Assembly (NCBI GenBank): GCA_964016885.1
Contig: OZ024743.1
Span: 73,718,001 to 73,782,000 of the forward strand
Reading direction: 5' to 3'
DNA length: 64,000 bases
Origin: Eledone cirrhosa
Lineage: Eukaryota
This document shows, in pieces, positions 14,189 to 27,834 of this stretch. Within the stretch, counting starts at the first letter, position 1; each line of letters begins with the position of its first letter. Position numbers and translations under genes: made by a program. The notes under the pieces were generated by a model, which did no database searches, was not told the origin of the DNA, and worked only from the letters and a program-made list of their open reading frames with translations.

Positions 14189-15141
14189 CTAGCAGTAAAG
14201 CCCGGCGTTGCTCGGGGTCGCTCAGTAGCTGTGTTAAAGTTACAATGTTAAGTTTCTTTCTTGGCTTAAAAACTGTAGTGTCTACTGTGCAGACTTGCAT
14301 GTGGTGTTTTTGATTAATATTCCCTCAACCAACAATATGCCTTATGAAGTTAAGAAAACATAACGATAACCCGAATGTTATAACAAAAGAGGATGCTGGG
14401 GATAGAAACTGCACTGGTTATTTATTAACAAAGATCGAAAATGTAAACATTGCAACGCAGAGAAAAACATTAGCGTAACCAAATTATCAGTTATGTCTGT
14501 CTGCACGCCTATATCACCTCTCTGCACGACTGTCTGTCTGCACGCCTATATCACCACTCTGCACGACTGTCTGTCTGCACGCCTATATCACCTCTCTGCA
14601 CGACTGTCTGTCTCCACGCCTATATCACCTCTCTGCACGACTGTCTGTCTGCACGACTGTCTGTCTGCACGCCTAACGACGAAATATTTGCTTGTTTTAC
14701 GTAGTCTTTAAATAGACTTGTTTTCAAGTAAAAATATTGTTTTAAAATGCTTTTAAATGGAAATGAAGCAAAACGGAAGCTTAGTGTTCGAACTGATGAA
14801 TTTTGCAGGTCAATATTTTGCTGGCTCGACAACTGTTCGTTCGTGTATTGTGTTAATGTCATTTTAAACGCTGAGAAAGCCAGCGTAATTTTTTACGTAA
14901 GACGCTCAATGTAAACAGAACAAAGGGAAATAACTGATAACTTACGCTCAAAAATCGATACATTATATTCGATTTCGTCACATAGGGTGGGTCAATTTGA
15001 AATTTTTTTTTTTCCGATGTCTTCGCTAGGGCTCAATGTACAAGTATAGCAATTTCGGTGCAATTCCGTGAGAGATTCTAAGAGGAGATGTGTGCCAAAA
15101 ATCGATAGACAGACAGACAACCACAGTTTTATATATATAGA
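14189..15141 (-). mobile_element. Non-autonomous Helitron
   Basis: On the minus strand: 5' TCtatatatataaaac, 3' hairpin cccgagcaacgccggg then CTAG, A|T target. Contains an internal minisatellite of about 38 bp at 14495-14675. Confidence 0.8.
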
Positions 15142-16201
15142 TATATATAGAGAGAGAGTGTGTGGTAATATGAAGGATTCAGGCCAGCAATTTATCCAGT
15201 GTATGACTGGTACTTTATTTTATCGACCCCGTAAGGATGAAAGGATGAAAGATATATAAATAATTTTAAAGAAATAGAGAGAAAGTGACGTCTGATCAAA
15301 TATCCCCCCCCCCCCCCGCCTCTATCTAACAGACCCGACGCGACAGCAAGGGAGATTCGCTGGAACAGCCACTCCTCATCGCGGGTCTTACACCTGCGGA
15401 TGGCCAACACCCCTCCGATAGCAGTGAGTAGAGATGTGACCCAGGGTTCCAAGAACGCTGCAACTCTCCACTGCTTCAGTCTGTACCACAAACTTCTCTA
15501 GGAGCGGCCGGTACCTGGAACATCCATCTTCAGGAGAAAATCTACAGAGATTTGATTTTAGTCATTAAATTATTTGATTTATACAAAAATGTGCTGTTAC
15601 ATTCATAAAATAGCTGGGCTCCACCTGGTACCTCTGCTAGTGCATATATAAAGTCACAGACTCTCATACTGTGAATATACACACACCAATGTTAGTGCCT
15701 CTACGTGGTCGATTGACCTACACGAAATAGCAGCAAAATCTTTCCAACATACCTTACTATCTTTTAAAAGAAAGTGGTTGGCATTTATTGTTTAACGTAG
15801 TATTATTGCTTGATAACATATGTAGGGAACACGAGGTGGTCGTGGATGGAAAGCTTTTAATCACGATAGATCTAAACCTAAACAGCAATTAAACATACAC
15901 ACACGTCCATACACGTTCACACACACGTACACACACGTACACACACACACACGTACACACACACACATACACACACAAACACATGTACACACATACACAC
16001 ACGTACACACACAAACACACGTACACACATGCACACACGTACACACACAAACACACGTACACACATACATACACACTCGTTCAAAAAGATGGTCAAACGG
16101 ACACGTACACACGTACACACAAAGAATATGCTATACATATCGCCACGTATACACATACAGGCAAGCACACACACACACACACACATCCACGCACGCACGC
16201 G

Positions 16202-16297
<96 letters not shown>

Positions 16298-16542
16298 TGG
16301 TCAAATGCTTACATACACTCACATATAGTGACAGACCTGACTACACACAACCTACGAAAGTGACCAGTTGACTTCATCTGTTGACTTCTGTGTTGACTTC
16401 ATCTGAAGCTCACTTGAAAGGCAGCGGCAAAGTTTTCAAAGGGATTTCGCCCTTTCATCTCAACTCCCATTCCCACCAGACTTTAACATCAAAAAAGATG
16501 CCGGCGCCAGAAGTTGAGTTCGAACCTACAATCTGTAGCTTG

Positions 16543-16574
<32 letters not shown>

Positions 16575-16575
<1 letters not shown>

Positions 16576-16770
16576 GTTGATGTTGCCATGTGGTTTGGTT
16601 TGAATGGACGTCCGTCGGTTTCTATGAAGAGTGCTCCAGTTGTTCGATCAACACAACAGCTTGCTAATGAAATGAATGTGAAGTGGCTCAGCATTCCACA
16701 GATATGTGTAACTCTGAGGGAGATTCAATGTAACAGAGTGAAAGTGAGTGACAAACCAGGCCGACTGGGA
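16575..16770 (+). mobile_element. SINE-like dispersed repeat fragment
   Basis: gaaatgaatgtgaagtggctcagcattccacagat...gggagattca resembles a common cephalopod repeat (recognised by eye, not searched). Confidence 0.4.
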
Positions 16771-16888
16771 TGTTACATCTCTCTCTCTCTATATATATAT
16801 ATATACATATACATATACATATTATATATATATATATATACATATACATATACATATTATATATATATATATATATATATACATATAC

Positions 16889-16991
<103 letters not shown>

Positions 16992-17100
16992 AAGAGTTAA
17001 ACAATATTCAATGAGTATATCAAAGAATGACTTTTACAGTAGACTACCTTGATTAAATCTTAACCATTTAACATCTCAGGGTATGTCATATATCATTATA

Positions 17101-17150
17101 TTTTGTCTGATGAGGACGTACTGTTGTACATCCGAAATATGTATAATATA
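17101..17150 (+). ncRNA. Hammerhead core motif (stem I runs into (TA)n)
   Basis: ttttgt-CTGATGA-ggacgtac tgtt gtacatcc-GAAA-tatgta-TA-ata. A relative with a CTGTTGA core lies at 21789-21850 (-). Confidence 0.55.
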
Positions 17151-17215
17151 TATATATATATATATATATAGTGACGAAACATAAGTCAATTGCATGAACT
17201 CATAATCCTTTATTT

Positions 17216-17271
17216 ACTGCTATATATATTTCGATGATAGCCATTGAATGGCTATGACCTCATCAGGCAGT
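17216..17271 (-). ncRNA. Type I hammerhead ribozyme in a (TA)n-flanked repeat (17171-17370)
   Basis: actgc-CTGATGA-[11-bp stem II with one mismatch]-GAAA-tatata-TA-gcagt; stem I perfect, stem III palindromic. Confidence 0.8.
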
Positions 17272-17369
17272 TAGTCATTTCTTAGATATGCCAGCTCTGT
17301 GTGTATAGTGTTGATGGTATCAGAGCCTTGGGACATATGCATATAGTTCTCACTCTGGTGAACCTACAG

Positions 17370-17413
<44 letters not shown>

Positions 17414-17417
<4 letters not shown>

Positions 17418-17703
17418 ATACTTTGGGAGGGTCATGTTGCCAATAAGAAACACACGCACCAGTTGCTTTCACTTCAATTTATTATACATTTATAAATTTA
17501 CAAATTTATAAATTCATAAATTTCTGGTTGGTTGGTTGGTTCCACAACCAGATAGTTGTTTATATATAGTCATAGTCCTTTCGTCACACACTCTGTGACT
17601 TCTCCAGTGACTGGGGATTCCTTTCTTTGTTTCTGTGCTTCTCCTTTGTTCTGTCCTACGCCATTTTTCCTTATTGGCAACATGACCCTCCCAAAGTATA
17701 ACA
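17414..17703. mobile_element. 290-bp TGT...ACA element with perfect 34-bp terminal inverted repeats (solo LTR or Ginger-like MITE)
   Basis: tgttatactttgggagggtcatgttgccaataag and its exact reverse complement, with atat on both flanks. Related ends at about 8908, 12210-12231 and 40629. Confidence 0.7.
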
Positions 17704-17761
17704 ATATCGGTTTCAACACACGATTTCAGATAAAGAATCTTGCTAAACAAATTCAGAAACG

Positions 17762-17899
<138 letters not shown>

Positions 17900-17930
17900 G
17901 TATATATATATATACACACACACATATATA

Positions 17931-17979
<49 letters not shown>

Positions 17980-18165
17980 TAAAAGAGAAAACACAGGTAA
18001 GCATTAAGAGAAGGATTTTATCCAGGTATTTACGACCGTTTCATTGGTAAGTGCAACCTTATATTGCTATACTGCAAATAGCAGCCACTCAATTATAATT
18101 GTTGTTCACAGTCCAAATTTTTCTTAACCAAAAACTGGATCACAATAAGCAATGTTTTGCTTCTC

Positions 18166-18252
<87 letters not shown>

Positions 18253-18254
18253 AT

Positions 18255-18288
<34 letters not shown>

Positions 18289-18294
18289 ATATAC

Positions 18295-18392
<98 letters not shown>

Positions 18393-18399
18393 ATATACA

Positions 18400-18866
<467 letters not shown>

Positions 18867-18869
18867 TAC

Positions 18870-19190
18870 ATATATGGCTGTCCTCTCTACAGCGACTAGA
18901 TTTGTAGATAATCTCCAGTGCAACTGTGTTGTTCTTTTTTCCTCGGAGGCAAGTTTCAGTTTCTCCTCCCCTCGCTCTATCTCTTTGCGCAATACTCCTC
19001 TCCACCGTGGACAATCATTAGTGACATCCTCCCATCTCTGGGTGCCCAGGTCTATTGACTTCATACCCCTCCTGCCGACGTCTTTAATGTGAAGGTGGGG
19101 GTCGTCCTCGTGCTCTTTTGCCGGTAGTTAGTTCCCCATACACTTCCTTAAGTCAATCTCCTGTCTCTCTCCTACGTATGTCGTTGTCTT
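18870..19190 (-). mobile_element. RTE (BovB-like) LINE C-terminal fragment
   Basis: YGELTTGKRARGRP followed by MKSIDLGTQRWEDVTNDCPRWR (frameshifted). Confidence 0.7.
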
Positions 19191-19199
19191 GTTTATGCA

Positions 19200-19550
19200 C
19201 CGTCCTTGTATACATCTTATCCTATAGACTACTTTTTGGTTTTGCAGTTTATCTGCGGACTTACCTGACAGACTATACAGTTTCTATCAGTACGGGGTGG
19301 GGTCCTAAAAGGGTATGACCTACTGATCAGGGATTTTATTGTAGCTCCTGGTTCTTCTACAACTTTAATCCTTAGGTTCAGTTTATCTAATGCTCTTCTA
19401 CAACGATACGTTAGTTCACTTCTATAGCATTGACAAACATGACATTGGTAATTTTGGCTGTCATACCATGAGTTGGCCTTCCCTATCTTCTTCTTAGTCT
19501 TTTCTATGCTATTTCATGATTTATTCCTGTATAGTGGGCATATCACATTC
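19200..19550 (-). mobile_element. Degraded Penelope-like (Neptune-type) linker fragment
   Basis: Pieces PLYR, MFV, SEL and LNLRIKVVEEPGATIKSLISRSYPF, with frameshifts. Confidence 0.5.
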
Positions 19551-20089
19551 CGTACCGATGGTGGTGAGTAGGGAGGTGGTCCTAAGGCCAAGGACACCAG
19601 AAGTCCCCACTGCTACGAACTTGTTCCTGTCATCTTGTTGAATACAGATCCAGGATTGTGATCTGATGAACTACATACTTGACCCAAGTTGAATGCCTCT
19701 TCATTCAGCTTCACTTAGCACACTAATGTTATTGGCACAAATAATGAAGATAACTACTTTTATTGTATTTTTGAAGCTGCATCGCATTGAAAAGGATTAA
19801 TTGTTCTGTACTTGAGGCTAATGTGATGTGTGCTAGGATATACAAAATATCGTTTTAATCACATAATGCCCCTCCTCCTGCCGTCTATAACAATTATCTT
19901 GCCGAGCAAAAATGTATGGCATGGTCCCGTAACTCCCGAGGGAGTCGTAGGGGCCCCTTATTGACATACGATGTTACTAGGACATTTTTAAACAGGGCGG
20001 AGCCAAGTCTGAATACAGCAGATTTCTTCCAGAGAAAGATAGAGAGAGGGAGGGAGAGAATTGAAGTAAGAAAGAGAGATAGAAGAAGA

Positions 20090-20245
20090 ATCGATCCCCC
20101 AGTACTTGACTGGTATTTTTTTTATCGACCTTAAATAGATGAAAGACAAAGTTGAACTCGGCGGGATTTGAACAGAGAAAAGAGAGCAGAGGGTTGAAAC
20201 AAATATTCTATCCGACGCTCTAACGACTCTGCCAATTCGACGCCA
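20090..20245 (-). mobile_element. tRNA-derived SINE
   Basis: tttatcgacc...gatgaaagacaaagttgaactcggcgggatttgaac...cgacgctctaacgactctgcc. Confidence 0.75.
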
Positions 20246-21060
20246 TATATCGTAAACATATATATATATCTCCAGTAAAAGACACTGAAATTAATTACGG
20301 CATACCCAGGTGAATAGCTTCAACGGAAACTGCTCTTAAATGGTTGCTACGGAATAAAAACACGTTTGTATAAAGGTTGTTGTAAAAACTGTTTGAAAAT
20401 AATTAGACATAACAGGCAATAAAATAGAATGAAGCACGAATAAAAGTTAAAAGACTAACACAGACAATTGTATAATATAGATCATGTAGAGGCTAAAACC
20501 TTGCTAATTATATTGCTAATTATATTGTAGTTTCCAGGAAGTCATTTCGGTAAGGACGGCTTTTACCTTTGGGGCGTTAGTGAAAGTATATTTAATATGT
20601 GTTTATGTGTGTGCACACATACATACATACATGCATACATACATACATACATGCATACATACATATGTACATAATATATGCATATGTACATGCATACATA
20701 CACACATACATCTATATATATACATATATACAAACATGTATACATTCATATATACATATATGCATACATACTTATACATATACATACATATATACATACA
20801 TACATATCAAACATATATACAGATATACCTACCTGCATAAGTACATATATTCATACATACATGTCGAACGCCCGTATTTGCCTGTTCTGTTTGTATGTAT
20901 GTATGTATGTATGTATGTATGTATGTATGTATGTATGTATGTATGTATGCATGAATATATGTATGTTGGTATGCATGCATGAATGTATGTATGCATGCAT
21001 GTATATATTTATGCATGCATGTATATATGCATGTATGTATGGATGAATATATGTATGTAT

Positions 21061-21370
21061 GTTTTCTCTTTCTCTTAATTTCGAGTATATTTTTTTGACC
21101 GGTCACCTTCCTGGTGGCAAGGTTGTAAAAGAAAAGAAATTGTCATCCCTTGAATCGCAAGAATGTTTTGCAAATTTTGAAGGCGCCAGCTATCGCAGCC
21201 ATTTGTAGACTATGAATTAGGGAGCTGCGCTTTTTGTCCGCAAATCCAAGTTCAGTCATACTTTGGTCCAAGCGGGTTGGTATATAACCCGTAGCACCAA
21301 TAATGATGGGTATGAAGCTAAAGGTGTATCTTGGATACTGGATTTGTAAACTCCTCATCAATGGTCCGTA
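21061..21370 (-). mobile_element. 5'-truncated Dong/R4-like non-LTR element in (TATG)n
   Basis: ORF 21143-21361 is near-identical to the 34.8-kb copy, has the same 3' UTR, and has TATG repeats on both flanks. Confidence 0.8.
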
Positions 21371-21914
21371 TGTATGTATGTATGTATGTATGTATGTATG
21401 TATGTATGTATGTATGTATGTATGTGTGTATGTATGTAATTACAATTGTCTTTCTACATCTATGTATTAAGGGCAATATAAACCTATACAAGATCATCAG
21501 ATACATAACCCACCTTTCTTTATCACCATTAAGAACACAAATATATTACATCATGCACAAGTACTATATATATATATATATATAGTAATAATAATAAATG
21601 TGAAGACTAAAATCCAAAGAGGGCTCGATAAGGTTGAATATATATCAAATATATAAGAACCCTAGAGCAAATATTTAAGCACCGATTCTTTGCCTCCACT
21701 TTTATCTGTTATTTTGATATATATATATATATATATATATATTACTTCAAAATATTAATAAATATAGACATTCTTGTGATCAAATATATTTTATTATACA
21801 TATTTCAGAGGTACTGAGCTATTTCAACAGTACGTCTTCAACAGATAAAATAAATTGATGTCTGACATACCTTGACTGTGTTGATGGTTAAAATTCAGTC
21901 ATGGCAGTCATGGC

Positions 21915-22031
<117 letters not shown>

Positions 22032-22149
22032 TTATATTTATATACATATATATTTTTTTATAAATTAATATATATATATATATATATAAATTTATATTTA
22101 TATACATATATATTTTTTTATAAATTAATATATATATATATATATATAT

Positions 22150-23184
22150 ATTGGAATAAATGCTCTGAAATAGCGATATATATGTGAATATAGACATAGA
22201 ATATTCGAAAATATTCTGTATGTTTATAATAAACATTTTGAAGACCTAATCGCTATAGAATAGAATACGTCACGTATTACAATTAGATTCTCGATAAAAG
22301 CAAGGGAAGTAATCTACGCGTTTCATTCTTGTTAGAAATCATCAGGACTACATATCCAGTGCTTTTATCGAGAATGACACAGCTAGAGACTTATAGAATA
22401 CTTAGCTGTGTACAGGAACTGGTTTGAAAGAGCGGTTGCCGGTCCGGCAGAAATTAGAAATTGGAATAAATGCTCTGAAATAGCGATATATATGTGAATA
22501 TAGACATAGAATATTCGAAAATATTCTGTATGTTTATAATAAACATTTTGAAGACCTAATCGCTATAGAATAGAATACGTCACGTATTACAATTAGATTC
22601 TCGATAAAAGCAAGGGAAGTAATCTACGCGTTTCATTCTTGTTAGAAATCATCAGGACTACATATCCAGTGCTTTTATCGAGAATGACACAGCTAGAGAC
22701 TTATAGAATACTTAGCTGTGTACAGGAACTGGTTTGAAAGAGCGGTTGCCGGTCCGGCAGAAATTAGAAATTGGAATAAATGCTCTGAAATAGCGATATA
22801 TATGTGAATATAGACATAGAATATTCGAAAATATTCTGTATGTTTATAATAAACATTTTGAAGACCTAATCGCTATAGAATAGAATACGTCACGTATTAC
22901 AATTAGATTCTCGATAAAAGCAAGGGAAGTAATCTACGCGTTTCATTCTTGTTAGAAATCATCAGGACTACATATCCAGTGCTTTTATCGAGAATGACAC
23001 AGCTAGAGACTTATAGAATACTTAGCTGTGTACAAACTGGTTTGAAAGAGCGGTTGCCGGTCCGGCAGAAATTAGAAATTGGAATAAATGCTCTGAAATA
23101 GCGATATATATGTGAATATAGACATAGAATATTCGAAAATATTCTGTATGTTTATAATAAACATTTTGAAGACCTAATCGCTAT
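22150..23184 (-). mobile_element. Retrozyme-like 310-bp tandem array, left arm (about 3.3 units; hammerheads at 22309-22351, 22619-22661, 22929-22971)
   Basis: Units start at 22151, 22461, 22771 and 23079 (2-bp deletion in unit 3); reverse complement of the right-arm unit; (TA)n on the left. Confidence 0.9.
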
Positions 23185-25667
23185 ATTCACATATATATCG
23201 CTATTTCAGAGCATTTATTCCAATTTCTAATTTCTGCCGGACCGGCAACCGCTCTTTCAAACCAGTTCCTGTACACAGCTAAGTATTCTATAAGTCTCTA
23301 GCTGTGTCATTCTCGATAAAAGCACTGGATATGTAGTCCTGATGATTTCTAACAAGAATGAAACGCGTAGATTACTTCCCTTGCTTTTATCGAGAATCTA
23401 ATTGTAATACGTGACGTATTCTATTCTATAGCGATTAGGTCTTCAAAATGTTTATTATAAACATACAGAATATTTTCGAATATTCTATGTCTATATTCAC
23501 ATATATATCGCTATTTCAGAGCATTTATTCCAATTTCTAATTTCTGCCGGACCGGCAACCGCTCTTTCAAACCAGTTCCTGTACACAGCTAAGTATTCTA
23601 TAAGTCTCTAGCTGTGTCATTCTCGATAAAAGCACTGGATATGTAGTCCTGATGATTTCTAACAAGAATGAAACGCGTAGATTACTTCCCTTGCTTTTAT
23701 CGAGAATCTAATTGTAATACGTGACGTATTCTATTCTATAGCGATTAGGTCTTCAAAATGTTTATTATAAACATACAGAATATTTTCGAATATTCTATGT
23801 CTATATTCACATATATATCGCTATTTCAGAGCATTTATTCCAATTTCTAATTTCTGCCGGACCGGCAACCGCTCTTTCAAACCAGTTCCTGTACACAGCT
23901 AAGTATTCTATAAGTCTCTAGCTGTGTCATTCTCGATAAAAGCACTGGATATGTAGTCCTGATGATTTCTAACAAGAATGAAACGCGTAGATTACTTCCC
24001 TTGCTTTTATCGAGAATCTAATTGTAATACGTGACGTATTCTATTCTATAGCGATTAGGTCTTCAAAATGTTTATTATAAACATACAGAATATTTTCGAA
24101 TATTCTATGTCTATATTCACATATATATCGCTATTTCAGAGCATTTATTCCAATTTCTAATTTCTGCCGGACCGGCAACCGCTCTTTCAAACCAGTTCCT
24201 GTACACAGCTAAGTATTCTATAAGTCTCTAGCTGTGTCATTCTCGATAAAAGCACTGGATATGTAGTCCTGATGATTTCTAACAAGAATGAAACGCGTAG
24301 ATTACTTCCCTTGCTTTTATCGAGAATCTAATTGTAATACGTGACGTATTCTATTCTATAGCGATTAGGTCTTCAAAATGTTTATTATAAACATACAGAA
24401 TATTTTCGAATATTCTATGTCTATATTCACATATATATCGCTATTTCAGAGCATTTATTCCAATTTCTAATTTCTGCCGGACCGGCAACCGCTCTTTCAA
24501 ACCAGTTCCTGTACACAGCTAAGTATTCTATAAGTCTCTAGCTGTGTCATTCTCGATAAAAGCACTGGATATGTAGTCCTGATGATTTCTAACAAGAATG
24601 AAACGCGTAGATTACTTCCCTTGCTTTTATCGAGAATCTAATTGTAATACGTGACGTATTCTATTCTATAGCGATTAGGTCTTCAAAATGTTTATTATAA
24701 ACATACAGAATATTTTCGAATATTCTATGTCTATATTCACATATATATCGCTATTTCAGAGCATTTATTCCAATTTCTAATTTCTGCCGGACCGGCAACC
24801 GCTCTTTCAAACCAGTTCCTGTACACAGCTAAGTATTCTATAAGTCTCTAGCTGTGTCATTCTCGATAAAAGCACTGGATATGTAGTCCTGATGATTTCT
24901 AACAAGAATGAAACGCGTAGATTACTTCCCTTGCTTTTATCGAGAATCTAATTGTAATACGTGACGTATTCTATTCTATAGCGATTAGGTCTTCAAAATG
25001 TTTATTATAAACATACAGAATATTTTCGAATATTCTATGTCTATATTCACATATATATCGCTATTTCAGAGCATTTATTCCAATTTCTAATTTCTGCCGG
25101 ACCGGCAACCGCTCTTTCAAACCAGTTCCTGTACACAGCTAAGTATTCTATAAGTCTCTAGCTGTGTCATTCTCGATAAAAGCACTGGATATGTAGTCCT
25201 GATGATTTCTAACAAGAATGAAACGCGTAGATTACTTCCCTTGCTTTTATCGAGAATCTAATTGTAATACGTGACGTATTCTATTCTATAGCGATTAGGT
25301 CTTCAAAATGTTTATTATAAACATACAGAATATTTTCGAATATTCTATGTCTATATTCACATATATATCGCTATTTCAGAGCATTTATTCCAATTTCTAA
25401 TTTCTGCCGGACCGGCAACCGCTCTTTCAAACCAGTTCCTGTACACAGCTAAGTATTCTATAAGTCTCTAGCTGTGTCATTCTCGATAAAAGCACTGGAT
25501 ATGTAGTCCTGATGATTTCTAACAAGAATGAAACGCGTAGATTACTTCCCTTGCTTTTATCGAGAATCTAATTGTAATACGTGACGTATTCTATTCTATA
25601 GCGATTAGGTCTTCAAAATGTTTATTATAAACATACAGAATATTTTCGAATATTCTATGTCTATATT
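23181..25667 (+). mobile_element. Retrozyme-like 310-bp tandem array, right arm (8 units, one hammerhead each)
   Basis: ctatattcac recurs every 310 bp from 23181 to 25351; ends in (TA)n. Confidence 0.9.
23333..23375 (+). ncRNA. Minimal type I hammerhead ribozyme (repeats every 310 bp up to 25503-25545)
   Basis: gtagtc-CTGATGA-t ttct aaca agaa t-GAAA-cgcg-TA-gattac. Predicted cleavage after GUA at 23369. Stem I is extended by the 16-bp attctcgataaaagca/tgcttttatcgagaat. Confidence 0.88.
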
Positions 25668-26525
25668 ATATATATATATACATAAATGGCAATTTCTGTC
25701 TTTTTGTGAACCTAAAACTTAAAAATTACCAAACAGATCTTGATGAAACTTGACACGTGTGTGGGGGTTCATGCCCATTTGATTTCGTACGTATATTTCA
25801 TTTCAATCAAAATGTTCCCCCGGGGTTCAAATCCCCGCTGAGAACCCCCGCTTAATTTTTTCCCTTCGATTTATATGAAATGTAAACCATAGGTAAATGA
25901 CAAGATATGATGCCTATTCACAAAATTTCAGCAAATTTCATTAATATTAAGATAACCTAATGGGGGTTAAACGCCCTATAGTGAAAATTTTGTAAGCCCA
26001 TAACTTGAGTATTGGAACTTTGAATTTCTAATTTGAAAATAATGCTTTACACAAAAATGAAGTGATCAAGTTTTGAATTGATATTTTGAAAAAAATTATT
26101 TATAAAAAACAAAATAAGAACAAGATTTAATAATGTAATTTTGATTTGATATATTACAAAAAATAATTGTTTCTACTTTTGGCACAAGGCCAGCAATTAC
26201 CAAGTGCATTACTGGTACATTATTTTATCGACCCCGTAAGGATGAAAGGCAAAGTAAACCTCGGCGGGATTTGAACTCAGAATGGCAAGGACCGTAACTC
26301 TATGCGTCAAAGCATGGCGTCCGACCCTCTACCGATACTGCCAATCCACCGCCCCTATATTTCAAAAAATAATGTTTTCCAATTTTTCATGCATTACATT
26401 TTACATTGAGTAATATTGAAATGCAGAGTTTTTCGCTATAAATTATATCACTGATTCAAAATCAATCATCATTTTCTTACAAAAGAAATATGTGAAACGC
26501 CACAAGGCGCGGGTAATTCGGCTAG
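25668..26525 (+). mobile_element. Non-autonomous Helitron-like element with a nested SINE (26163-26355, minus)
   Basis: TA-rich start; 3' GC hairpin cgccacaaggcg then ggtaattcggCTAG|t. Confidence 0.55.
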
Positions 26526-26544
26526 TATATATATTATGGCTCCC

Positions 26545-26960
26545 CCCCCCCTCGTTATCGAGTATGCCCATTGCACGATATAACATTATTAATTGTTTCT
26601 ACTTTTGGCACAAGGCCAGCAATTAACCAGTACATTACTGCTACTTTATTTTATCGACCCCGTAAGGATGAAAGGCAAAGTTAAACTCGGCGGGTGCAAT
26701 ATCTGTGAATGAAGATTTTTTTTAAAGTGAGGAAAGACTGTGCACTGAGCCAATCCCACTCTCTGAGCGACAGTAGCTATAACCCGAAAAGAAGAAAAGT
26801 TCAACATCGTCGGTAACTACTGAGCCGCCGGTTTTATGTCGGAGTTATCCCAGTTTCCTGAGTTGCTTTCTCCTAGAAGAATGCCCTGACAAAGGCTAGG
26901 GGTCCTTCACTCTCAGTGGTTTAACCGCGCGATCGGGTATCTAGCCCGATTATTTCTATG
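26545..26960 (+). mobile_element. SINE/LINE-UTR-like repeat interrupted by a SINE fragment (26592-26694, minus)
   Basis: Matches uninterrupted 34340-34495 (ttatcgagtatg...gaggaaagactgtgcactgagccaat). Confidence 0.6.
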
Positions 26961-27025
26961 TCCCCGCGCATATATATATATACATACATACATACATATA
27001 TATATGTATATACATACACGCACAC

Positions 27026-27105
<80 letters not shown>

Positions 27106-27178
27106 GTTATTCCGGGTTGAATCGGAGGTAACCACAGTAAGTAAGGTACTCAATACATAGCAGAGTATAAAAGTTTTA

Positions 27179-27292
27179 ATATAGATGAGATTCTACAGGA
27201 CTAGAACTGTTTCATTCTTTAGAAATCATCAGGAAATCTTGATGATTTCTAAAGAATGAAAAAGTTCTAGTCCTGTAGAATCTCATCTATTT
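27179..27292. repeat. Foldback palindrome (arms about 55 bp) of a hammerhead-core segment
   Basis: Left arm reads CTGATGA-tttctaaagaat-GAAA on minus; the right arm is the same segment on plus with two core changes. A same-family fragment lies at 8530-8650. Confidence 0.8.
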
Positions 27293-27834
27293 ATATATAC
27301 AGGGGAGGAGAGAGAGAGTGAGGAAGAGAGATAGGGGGAGTGAGAATTAATAAACTACTGGTACATGTATAGGTCCTGTACCACCTTATGCATCGATACT
27401 GGATGGTTACGTAACTTATAGTGGAGGACTGAATTGACGAGCGATGCTTTCTGTCTTGTCTCCGCGTGTTTCTGTATTTTATATATTTTGAAGCAATCTG
27501 CCAGCCAGAGCCGGATTTATGAGGTGCAAAGGTGACAATTACCCGGGACCCCTGCAGTGGGAAATCTCACCAGCGATGGCAGTAGCAATTTATTTGTGCC
27601 CACAGCTGGGCTTTTTTAGTTTTAGGATGGTTAGAATGTTTGAATTTAATACCTCTATGTATAACTTTTCAATTCCAATTGTAGAAAATTAACTTTGATA
27701 TGTAAAACTGGGGAGTGTGTGTGTGGGGGGTGGGGTGGGGGTGCTGTGTATTCTAAATAAAACTGAAGTGCCGCCCCCCATCCCCCAAGTCTAAATCCAA
27801 ACCTGGTGCCAGCCCCACCACTCGGTCCTCAGAT

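Noticed and set aside
19915-19960. ggcatggtccc resembling the start of an HDV ribozyme
   Set aside because: Could not build the nested double pseudoknot.
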